Shown here: piece after piece, positions 49,822 through 58,932 of the stretch
How the letters are laid out: each line of letters starts with the position of its first letter
How positions within the stretch are numbered: position 1 is the stretch's first letter
IMG/VR virus record: IMGVR_UViG_3300048121_001678
Location: 62,001 to 126,000 of that record
DNA: 64,000 nt
Reading direction: 5' to 3' (one strand)
The notes under the pieces: generated by a model
Database searches by the model: none
What the model saw: the letters and a program-made list of their open reading frames with translations, nothing else
What the model was told of the DNA's origin: nothing
Position numbers and translations under genes: made by a program

Positions 49822-52800
49822 TCACGATACTAAACCACCCTTAAAGAATATGGTTGTTGTCGTATTATCCAATCTAAAGTCTTCCGAACCATAAGTAGTG
49901 TAAACTCTGTATGTACCATTTAAATACCCTGTTGGATTAACAACCGTATAGTTAAAGTATGCAGTAGTCATAACTTTATTCGATAATCCTTGTGCACCCG
50001 AACCATAGGAAACTTCAATTTCTCTTGCTCTGTTAGCGGTACCTGGCCCACCTATTGATTCATCAGGTATTAACCAAGTATACCATGCGTTACCGCTAAC
50101 AGTACCTGAAGGTATTTCGACCGTTAAGAACTTATATTGTTCAATTGGATTACCAAATGAATCCTCACCACCTGAAGTTTGAGGTATATCTGATGTCACA
50201 ATTGCCGGTACTAATTCTGTACCCGCATTTTGATTAAAGTAACTCATATATGATGCCATATCACTACTACTTGTTGGTCCACTACCATTATTGAACCCAT
50301 AGAAAGCAGCACCAGCATTAAACATAAACGTTCCTATATTTGTTGCATCCGCCTCATTTTCAATTAATAAATAGGCCGGTGAATTAGCCGCACTTGACGG
50401 GGTTACCGTCGGAGTTTTAGTTGGCGTTGGAGTAAACGAAGTCGTTGGAGTCATTGAACTCGTAACACTTGGTGTCGGTGTAAGCGATGTAGATGGCGTC
50501 ACACTAATACTCGGAGTCACTGTTGGTGTTGGAGTAGTTGTCGGTGTACTTGTCGGAGTAGCCGATGGTGGTACTGGACACTCAGCAATTTGAGTAATAA
50601 CACCTTGATTATTAATTTGGAACTTAGTCACACCTAAACCATTTAATGTGTTACCAGCATCATACCATAAATCTAAACCATTAAATGGTGTAGCCAAATC
50701 AGAGTCTAAGAAAATTACATCACCGACCAAAGCATCTAACACATTAATGAATCTATTTGTGTAGATTGTAAAGTCTACAGTTTCACATAACTCTTCAGGA
50801 CTCGGTCTACCTAATTCAGGACCCGCACTTAAGAATGAATCTTGAATCTCAGGTGGAGTCGTTGATGGCGTCACTGTTGGTGTTGGTGATTTAGTCGGAG
50901 CAGGTGTACCCGTAACTGAAGGAGTTACTGAAGACGTTGGTGTCACTGAAGGAGTAACCGTAACTTCAGGTGTACTCGATGGAGTCACTGTTGGTGTACT
51001 TGTCGGAGTAGCCGATGGTGGTACTGGACACTCAGCAATTTGAGTAATAGCACCCGAAACATCAATTCTAAACTTAACAGTTCCAAGACCATTTAATGTG
51101 TTACCAGCATCATACCATAAATCTAAACCATTAAATGGTGTTGCTAAATCAGGGTCTAAGAATACTAAGTCCCCTACAGATGCGTTACTAACATTAATGA
51201 ATCTATTTGTGTAAACTGAGAAATCTACAGTTTCACATAACTCTTCAGGATTTTCTTTACCTAATTCAGGACCAGCATTAAAGTAAACTTGCTGAATCTC
51301 TGGCGGAGTCGATGACGGAGTTACCGTCGGCGTTGGTGACTTAGTCGGTGCCGGTGTTCCTGTAACTGAAGGAGTTACTGAAGACGTTGGTGTCACCGAT
51401 ATCGATGGAGTCACTGAAGAAGTTACTGTTGGTGTTGATGTTCTTGTTGGTTGAGGTGTAGATGTAACCGATGCCGTAACTGAAGGAGTTACCGTACTAG
51501 TCGGTGCCGGAGTCGATGTTGCTCCAGGTGTAGATGATGGAGTAACTGAAGCAGTAACTGACGGTGTTGGTGTCACATCAGCCGTTGGTGATGGAGTAAC
51601 CGATGAAGTTACTGATGGAGTAGGTGTCACATCAGCCGTTGGTGATGGAGTAACCGATGAAGTTACTGATGGAGTAGGTGTACTACCAGGTGTACCTGTC
51701 GGTGTACTTGTCGGTGTACTTGTCGGTGTACTTGTTAATGTTACTGAAGGAGTAACTGTCGGCGTAACCGATGAAGTAACCGATGGCGTATTTGTTGGTG
51801 TAACATCAGGAGTAGACGAAATTGTCGGCGTTGGAGTCTGACTAACACCTGGTGTATCAGAAACCGATACCGTTGGTGTTGGTGTAGAGTCAGGTGTTGA
51901 AGTAACAGATGCAGTTACAGTAGGTGTTGGTGTTAATGTAGCATTAGGTGTCTGTGTCGGTGTAGCGGTGTTAGACGGTGTAACCGTTACAGTTGATTGA
52001 GGTGTGGATGTTGGTGTAACACTATTAGTTGGTGTTGGAGTCTGACTAACACCTGGAGTATTAGATGGTGTTGGAGTTACCGTTGACACTGGCGTACCTG
52101 TTGGCGTTGAAGTCACTGTCGATGTAGGTGTCGGTGTTTGAGTATTTGAAGCGGTAACTGTCGGAGTATTTGTTGAAGTAGTAACAGGAGTACCTGTTGG
52201 TGTACTTGTCGAAGTAACTGCAGGTGTGTTAGACGGTGTTACAGTATTAGTTGGTGTTGGAGTCTGACTAACACCTGGAGTATTTGATACTGAAACTGAC
52301 GGAGTAACCGATGGAGTAACTGTCGATTGTGGAGTCGATGTTACCGTTGCTGTTGGTGTTTGAGACACACCAGGTGTGTTAGACACCGAAACAGAAACTG
52401 TCGGAGTTGGTGTAACACCACTAATTGTAGATGATGGAGTAACACTTGGAGTCACCGTACTTGTAGGTGTTGGTGATACTACAACACCACTTGAAGGTGT
52501 TGGAGTCGGCGTTGATGTAGGAGTCGGAGATGGTGTACCTGAGAATGTAATACCATTAATACTACCAAAATCACCACCTATAGATGGTTGACCATTATAT
52601 AAAAAATCACTGTAACTAACATTTCCTCTGTCAACTAAATCATAATTTAAAGGATTAATTAATTCATCTGATTGACCACTTAATTGACCGGCTAAAATTG
52701 TTATGGTAGGTGAAAATGTTATTGAACCACCTACTGTCGTACCAATAGTATTACTAAACTTAACGACTAAATCTTCAGATTTCACCAATGGAATTGACGC

Positions 52801-53148
52801 AGAGTAAATTGCGTGTGTTGAATTACCCTCAAAAACCTCAGCACTAATAACCACAATCTCACCTTGACCATCAACACTAATAACTTTCTCAATTGCATTA
52901 TCATTACAATTAGGGTCGTTATTCTCTACCCTAACCGTGTATTGGGTTCCGGCTTGTGTACCAACAAGTTCGGTAATAGGAATACCACCCTTTAAATCTT
53001 CTCTTGTTATATTTGAAACAGGCGAGGTTAGACCATTTATAAGTGGGAGAGCACCTGTCCAATTGTCAGGGTCAGGAGGTGTTACGGTTACAGTAAACGG
53101 ACCAAGTGAATTCGATGATAGGGTTAACCTTAGTATAATTGATGACAT
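49822..53148 (-). CDS. mucin-like Thr/Pro-rich virion protein with duplicated globular module
   Basis: ~400 aa TP tract; two AGPELG...PEELCETVDF...FNGLDLWYDAGN modules. Confidence 0.8.
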   Translation of the reverse strand: MSSIILRLTLSSNSLGPFTVTVTPPDPDNWTGALPLINGLTSPVSNITREDLKGGIPITELVGTQAGTQYTVRVENNDPNCNDNAIEKVISVDGQGEIVVISAEVFEGNSTHAIYSASIPLVKSEDLVVKFSNTIGTTVGGSITFSPTITILAGQLSGQSDELINPLNYDLVDRGNVSYSDFLYNGQPSIGGDFGSINGITFSGTPSPTPTSTPTPTPSSGVVVSPTPTSTVTPSVTPSSTISGVTPTPTVSVSVSNTPGVSQTPTATVTSTPQSTVTPSVTPSVSVSNTPGVSQTPTPTNTVTPSNTPAVTSTSTPTGTPVTTSTNTPTVTASNTQTPTPTSTVTSTPTGTPVSTVTPTPSNTPGVSQTPTPTNSVTPTSTPQSTVTVTPSNTATPTQTPNATLTPTPTVTASVTSTPDSTPTPTVSVSDTPGVSQTPTPTISSTPDVTPTNTPSVTSSVTPTVTPSVTLTSTPTSTPTSTPTGTPGSTPTPSVTSSVTPSPTADVTPTPSVTSSVTPSPTADVTPTPSVTASVTPSSTPGATSTPAPTSTVTPSVTASVTSTPQPTRTSTPTVTSSVTPSISVTPTSSVTPSVTGTPAPTKSPTPTVTPSSTPPEIQQVYFNAGPELGKENPEELCETVDFSVYTNRFINVSNASVGDLVFLDPDLATPFNGLDLWYDAGNTLNGLGTVKFRIDVSGAITQIAECPVPPSATPTSTPTVTPSSTPEVTVTPSVTPTSSVTPSVTGTPAPTKSPTPTVTPSTTPPEIQDSFLSAGPELGRPSPEELCETVDFTIYTNRFINVLDALVGDVIFLDSDLATPFNGLDLWYDAGNTLNGLGVTKFQINNQGVITQIAECPVPPSATPTSTPTTTPTPTVTPSISVTPSTSLTPTPSVTSSMTPTTSFTPTPTKTPTVTPSSAANSPAYLLIENEADATNIGTFMFNAGAAFYGFNNGSGPTSSSDMASYMSYFNQNAGTELVPAIVTSDIPQTSGGEDSFGNPIEQYKFLTVEIPSGTVSGNAWYTWLIPDESIGGPGTANRAREIEVSYGSGAQGLSNKVMTTAYFNYTVVNPTGYLNGTYRVYTTYGSEDFRLDNTTTTIFFKGGLVS
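50545..51395 (-). repeat. ~400 bp direct repeat, two copies about 450 bp apart
   Basis: long identical stretches such as gtacttgtcggagtagccgatggtggtactggacactcagcaatttgagtaata at ~50546 and ~50996. Confidence 0.85.
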
Positions 53149-53235
53149 TTTATTTTCTTTTATAATAAATAGTTTATATTTCGTAAATTACCCCTTAAAA
53201 TACTTTACTTTTTTAAATGTTTTCCATTTAAATAG

Positions 53236-53258
53236 AAAATCCCTCCGTAGAGGGGTTA
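53236..53258 (-). terminator. intrinsic terminator with cUACGg tetraloop
   Basis: minus strand CCCTC-TACG-GAGGG followed by ATTTTCTATTT. Confidence 0.65.
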
Positions 53259-53275
53259 TTTTCAATTTATTTTTT

Positions 53276-56200
53276 TTATGCTTGGCAACTTGTACATGAA
53301 TTCCATGGACCACCTGAAAGTGTCACATTTGGTGTGTTATCCACATAAGACTGAACCATATAACATACTAAATTAGTTCCCTTAACAAAATCATTAATTT
53401 GAGGTGGTGTACTTAATCCTGAAATATCACCATAATATACAGTAGTTGGACCTGTACAGTTATTGAAATCGTTAATTTCAATCATAGACACAACACCTGT
53501 ATTACACAATTCACACGATACATTTTGTTGAGTAACTGTGAGTGTCGGTGTAGCGGTGGTCGTAGATTTAACAATATAACACTTATTATCTTGTGATACC
53601 TTAACATATGAGTTAATATTTAACGGACCAATACTTGAAGATGCCACGTAATCTAATTCAACCTCCGAACATGAGCTACCATATAACACTTCCCTAAGTA
53701 CATAATTAGTTACCTGAGGACATGGATGTTCTTCAGCTGATGTACATACTTCACAGTCTAAGTATGCATCCTCAGGGACACCAGTCCACGGACCACCGTT
53801 AACATCTATAAATTCACCACTAATAATACCTAAATTAGTTTCTGAACCTGTACCTGGTTCATAGAAACTTACACATTGGTCACTGATTCCCGCTTGATTT
53901 TGTAAATACAATGTAGTGTTACCGAAAGCAATCGCTTGACTAATCTCACTTGCTAATACTGGTGAGACACTCATTCTAAATACCTGAGTATCTCCTGACT
54001 CACAACATCCTGAGAAGTATATCTCAACATAATTTGGTGATGGTGTAGGTGTTTGACTTACTGATGGTACTGAACTACTTGGTGTTACTGTTATTGTAGG
54101 TGTATATGTCGGAGTTATTGTTGGGGTTGTCGTTTCACTAATTGATGGTGTTACGGATGGTGTTGGTGTATTTGTATTACTTGGTGTTACCGTCAATGTC
54201 GGTGTTGCCGTTTGACTAACCTCTGGCGTATCAGAAACCGACACTGTTGGGGTAGTTGTTGGCGTGACATCAGGTGTCGACGTTACTGAAGCAGTATTTG
54301 TCGGAGTAATTGTTGGTGTAACATCAGGTGTCGACGTTACTGAAGCAGTATTTGTCGGAGTAATTGTTGGTGTAACATCAGGTGTCGATGAAATTGTCGG
54401 CGTCGGAGTTTGACTAACCCCTGGTGTATCAGAAACCGATACCGTTGGAGTCATTGTTGGCGTGACAGACGCAGTCTCAGTATGTGTCGGTGTTATTGTA
54501 TTAGTTGGTGTTACCGTTACCGTTGATTGCGGTGTACTTGTTGGTGTATTACTAATTGTTGGTGTAGGTGTTTGACTAACACCCGCAGTATTACTAGGTG
54601 TAATTGTATTAGTTATTGTTGGACTAATACTTGGAGTTTGTGTCACCGTACTTGTTACTGTTTGTGTTGGTGTCATTGTTGGTGTTTCAGACTGAGTAAT
54701 ACTCGGTGTAGGTGTTGCAGTTTGAGACACACCAGGTGTGTTAGACATTGTTGGTGTCTGAGTTACCGTCTGAGTATTAGTAATTGTCGGTGTAGGTGTT
54801 TGTGTTGGTGTGGATGTTTGTGTAGGTGTAGGTGTTTGTGTAACCGGCGGTTCAGGACAATCTAATACATAGTCAATGATTACATCTATATCTACAAACT
54901 CATTAGTTTCACAATCCCCCGTTATTTTTACACTATTAGTTATAGGGTCAACACTGACTCCTTGTATTCCAGGTAATAATATGATAACAGACTCCAGTGT
55001 ATTTGCCCATAAAATATCTGATGGTACATCATTTAATGTGTAACCAGTATAAAAACTACCTGTTGCGGTACTACCATCATAACTAATATCATAATTAAAC
55101 ACTGCACTTACTAATGTACACCCTGTTAAACCTAAACTATCAACTAAATCTAAGTAACCATCATTTAATAACTCATAGAACCCTCGTTTAGTCATAACCG
55201 TAGTATCAAAAGTATCGCTACATATATTAACTAATGGGAATGAACTTACAGCTTCTTTAACATCACTAATCGTGTATGTCGCAACACCTTCACATCCATT
55301 ACTATCAGTTACAGTTACACTGTACGTACCAACAGTACTTGCACTTATTGTGGTTCCTGTTGAACCATCGTTCCATAAATATGTAAATGGTGCAACACCA
55401 CTTAATGTCGTAGCACTTAATACATCTGGCGTTGAATAGGTTCCTGGAGTTACAGTAATGACTGTATTAACACCTGTGGTACCACTTAGGTATCTTACTT
55501 GACTAACACTACAACCTAAAGCATCTATAACAGTCACTGTGTAATTACCCATTGGTAAGTTACTAAAGGTGAATGCACTTAATGGTGTATCAATTATTGA
55601 TTGTCCATCAGAAAGAATATAATCTAATGGTCCTGTATAACCACTATTAGGTATAACCTGAATCGACCCATTATCAAAACCACAAGTACTACCTGTTAAA
55701 TTAACATCTATTGTGAACTTAGGTGTTGGTGTGACTATTGTTTGTCCTGTATAACAACACCCATCAGATGTTTTAACAGAGTAGTCATATGTATCACCAA
55801 CTAAGTTATTAAATTGTGTTTGGGTGTTAGATGTGGTAATAGTAGATGTTCCACCCGAAGTTTGTCCAGTATACCCGTAGGTATAAGGACCCCCATTACC
55901 AACAACAGTTAAAGTTAATACACCTAAACTATTACAGTTAATATAGTTTAATTGGGGACTAACACTAGATATACCACCAACATTCCCAATAAAAACATTA
56001 TCATTGTAAGTACAGCTTTGCGAATCTGTTATTGAAAATGTAAAATTACCTGATGAACACCCAGTAAATGTGAAATTTGTATTAGAAGTGGTACCTGAAT
56101 GACCATTTTGACCTAAATATGTATATGGTGCAGTCCCTCCACTTATAAATACCGTAACTTCACCATCTTGACTTAAGCATGAAGTTGGTATAGATTCATA

Positions 56201-58930
56201 AGATATCACCCCTATCGGGTCTGATGGGTTAACTACCCCACTCTTGGTTAATTCACAATCGTTAGCATCTGTAACAGTTACAAAATAATTACCAACCGTT
56301 AACCCGCTAATACTTGATGTTGTTTCATTATTACTCCACAAATAAGTGTACGGTGGTGTACCCGTTAATCCTGTTATACTAATACTACCACCACCTATTC
56401 CACAATAAGAAGTATTTTTAACATCAAGGCCGTATTCCAACGTACTTATAGATGTAATAACAACACTCTGTGTTTGTGCACTACTACCACCATAATCGGT
56501 TACAACAGAGTAGTATGTTCCATTAGGTAGTCCAACTATTGTGAAAGGATTATTACTAGTTGACCCATTAGTATATAAAATACCATCTTTATAAATCTGA
56601 TAATTATACGGTAAATCATCTGTACTACCACTTACACTAATATATCCATTATCTTGACCACATGTTGTACCTGAAAAATCATTAATAGTCGCACTAAGAC
56701 AACCATCAATAATCACATTAATATTAATTTGGTTATTTACATCACCTAAACTATCGTTTAGTACAAAGGTATAAGTACCCTCACTTAATCCAGTCCATGA
56801 GAATGGATTTACTGATGTACCTCCAGATAATGTGCCAGGAATTACGTTAGATATAGTATACGGAGGAACACCACCTGTAGGGAATATTGTTATTGAACCA
56901 AATCCTGATTCACAAGTACCCGTAGTTGAAAAGGTATACGCCAAATCTGTAGGATTACAATCCTGTGTAGTTAACGAACCTAAGGTTATTACATCAGCAT
57001 AGTAAAAATATAAGGTATTAATCTTAACAGATATTGGTTCCTGAGTAAAACCTTGTTGATATACATCACAACAATCTACATACTCATATGAACCACTAAT
57101 AATCGCATTATAACAATCTCCACTAGCTGATGGTGATGGTGTAACTGTTGGCGTTGGTGTTGGCGTTTGAGTAACGAAATCCTGTGGACACACCACATCA
57201 ATCGCATCCAAGAAGTTACCACCTGCCTGTGCCGAAGTAGCCGAGAACACAAGATTATAATCTGTCTCAGTCGCAGTAAAGTTAATAGCGTTTAGTACCC
57301 AAGCACTTGTAGAGCCCGTGTATTCGTCAGGGAAGAATACTAATCCACTCGTTGAACCACTAAGACCTACTTTTAACGTATTAAGAAAATTTGTCCTACC
57401 TCTGTGAGCGAATTGAACTTGATAACTAGCACCACTGACAGCAGTAAATGTTTGGAATAATGATTGAGCTGCCGATGACTGCGCATTAATCTCAGCAAAG
57501 TGACTACCTTGATAAGCAGGAACCCCTTGATATCCTGATGCCCATATTTCAATTAAGCTACTCGAGTCAGTTGTTTCCCAACCAGGAATACATTCTTCAG
57601 GATAAAAGTTGAACGTAGTAGCCGAGGTACAATTTGTCCCATCAGAAGTTGACCCCCCACCTGTTGTTGTACCAGTACACTCAGATGGACATGGGCCTAA
57701 ATCCGACATAAAGATATCAAATGAAGGGTTTACCAATCTATTACATGGAGTTGTAGGTGTTGGTGTTGGTGTTGGCGACCCACCAGGTGTTTCACTCGGA
57801 GTATTTGTTGGTGTTTGAGTAGGTGTAACCGATAAAGTAACTGACGGTGTATATGTTGGTGTATATGTTGGGGTCACTGATTGTGTTGGTGTTACTGATT
57901 GTGTTGGTGTTGGTGTATCACACGGTGGACATTCAATATCACCACATCCATTCGGCATTCGAACAGGATTACCTATACCTGAAAATATAAATGTTGGACC
58001 TAACCCTGAATAAGGAACTATAGTGGCACAAACAAAATTAACATTATCATAGTTGAAGTTATAGGTATCTCCAAGAATTAGAGGTCCGAACTCATTATCA
58101 TATCCACTAAAAATAAAATAACTACCATCACAACAATACTGAAGTTGGTAATCACCCACTTGTGAAGTCGTTATGGTAGGTGTTATAGTTGGTGTATACG
58201 TTGGAGTATGTGTCGGCGTAACTGACTGTGTCGGTGTTGGAGTTATCACACATAATGGGTCTTCACATCCACTCAACGGTGAAGTCACTTCTCCTGTTAA
58301 ATCAAAGGGAGGGTCAGACGGCACTTCATTAATTAAAGTATAACATCCTTCGGGAATTATATCGTCATTTTCTATAAATACTGTACCTGTAGTTGGTGCA
58401 GGAGTCCATGTTGAATAATTAACCATATATACCGTAACACCAGTACAAGCAGAAAGCCATACATAGGTAGGAACAGATGATGTTGGTGTAACCGAAGCCG
58501 TTGGAGTATATGTTGGAGTAACTGATGGCGTTAGTGTAACCGAAGCCGTTGGAGTATATGTTGGCGTTGGTGTTTGAGTATATGTTGGTGTGTTTGTTGG
58601 TGTGTTTGTTGGAGTAGGTGTTGGGGTGACAGCTTCCAAAACATCGGTACAGTTACCTATCTTTGGTTCGGCTAAATAACACTGACTACAATTAACATAT
58701 GCCCCACCAGTAAATAAAGCACTAACAGGAACGGTATATCCCCACGTACCAGAATAAGTACAGGGAGAACTTAAATGAATTACCTTAAAACATGAACTCT
58801 TACCTGCGACAGAAATAGAGTATATATTATTTACCGCAATATTCGCCGGAAAGTTGGTTTGACTACTATCGATTCTCGCCCTTACAGCACTGTTATCACA
58901 ACATTCTAATATCGCACACTGACCGACCAT
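53276..58930 (-). CDS. large mosaic virion protein: Cys-rich modules, TP tracts, carbohydrate-binding-like domain, SprB repeats
   Basis: 1884 aa; LVNPSF...IPGW..T....IEIW...FAEIN...FAHRGR...GNFLD domain; multiple GxxPYTYLW repeats. Confidence 0.8.
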   Translation of the reverse strand: MVGQCAILECCDNSAVRARIDSSQTNFPANIAVNNIYSISVAGKSSCFKVIHLSSPCTYSGTWGYTVPVSALFTGGAYVNCSQCYLAEPKIGNCTDVLEAVTPTPTPTNTPTNTPTYTQTPTPTYTPTASVTLTPSVTPTYTPTASVTPTSSVPTYVWLSACTGVTVYMVNYSTWTPAPTTGTVFIENDDIIPEGCYTLINEVPSDPPFDLTGEVTSPLSGCEDPLCVITPTPTQSVTPTHTPTYTPTITPTITTSQVGDYQLQYCCDGSYFIFSGYDNEFGPLILGDTYNFNYDNVNFVCATIVPYSGLGPTFIFSGIGNPVRMPNGCGDIECPPCDTPTPTQSVTPTQSVTPTYTPTYTPSVTLSVTPTQTPTNTPSETPGGSPTPTPTPTTPCNRLVNPSFDIFMSDLGPCPSECTGTTTGGGSTSDGTNCTSATTFNFYPEECIPGWETTDSSSLIEIWASGYQGVPAYQGSHFAEINAQSSAAQSLFQTFTAVSGASYQVQFAHRGRTNFLNTLKVGLSGSTSGLVFFPDEYTGSTSAWVLNAINFTATETDYNLVFSATSAQAGGNFLDAIDVVCPQDFVTQTPTPTPTVTPSPSASGDCYNAIISGSYEYVDCCDVYQQGFTQEPISVKINTLYFYYADVITLGSLTTQDCNPTDLAYTFSTTGTCESGFGSITIFPTGGVPPYTISNVIPGTLSGGTSVNPFSWTGLSEGTYTFVLNDSLGDVNNQININVIIDGCLSATINDFSGTTCGQDNGYISVSGSTDDLPYNYQIYKDGILYTNGSTSNNPFTIVGLPNGTYYSVVTDYGGSSAQTQSVVITSISTLEYGLDVKNTSYCGIGGGSISITGLTGTPPYTYLWSNNETTSSISGLTVGNYFVTVTDANDCELTKSGVVNPSDPIGVISYESIPTSCLSQDGEVTVFISGGTAPYTYLGQNGHSGTTSNTNFTFTGCSSGNFTFSITDSQSCTYNDNVFIGNVGGISSVSPQLNYINCNSLGVLTLTVVGNGGPYTYGYTGQTSGGTSTITTSNTQTQFNNLVGDTYDYSVKTSDGCCYTGQTIVTPTPKFTIDVNLTGSTCGFDNGSIQVIPNSGYTGPLDYILSDGQSIIDTPLSAFTFSNLPMGNYTVTVIDALGCSVSQVRYLSGTTGVNTVITVTPGTYSTPDVLSATTLSGVAPFTYLWNDGSTGTTISASTVGTYSVTVTDSNGCEGVATYTISDVKEAVSSFPLVNICSDTFDTTVMTKRGFYELLNDGYLDLVDSLGLTGCTLVSAVFNYDISYDGSTATGSFYTGYTLNDVPSDILWANTLESVIILLPGIQGVSVDPITNSVKITGDCETNEFVDIDVIIDYVLDCPEPPVTQTPTPTQTSTPTQTPTPTITNTQTVTQTPTMSNTPGVSQTATPTPSITQSETPTMTPTQTVTSTVTQTPSISPTITNTITPSNTAGVSQTPTPTISNTPTSTPQSTVTVTPTNTITPTHTETASVTPTMTPTVSVSDTPGVSQTPTPTISSTPDVTPTITPTNTASVTSTPDVTPTITPTNTASVTSTPDVTPTTTPTVSVSDTPEVSQTATPTLTVTPSNTNTPTPSVTPSISETTTPTITPTYTPTITVTPSSSVPSVSQTPTPSPNYVEIYFSGCCESGDTQVFRMSVSPVLASEISQAIAFGNTTLYLQNQAGISDQCVSFYEPGTGSETNLGIISGEFIDVNGGPWTGVPEDAYLDCEVCTSAEEHPCPQVTNYVLREVLYGSSCSEVELDYVASSSIGPLNINSYVKVSQDNKCYIVKSTTTATPTLTVTQQNVSCELCNTGVVSMIEINDFNNCTGPTTVYYGDISGLSTPPQINDFVKGTNLVCYMVQSYVDNTPNVTLSGGPWNSCTSCQA

Positions 58931-58932
58931 TA

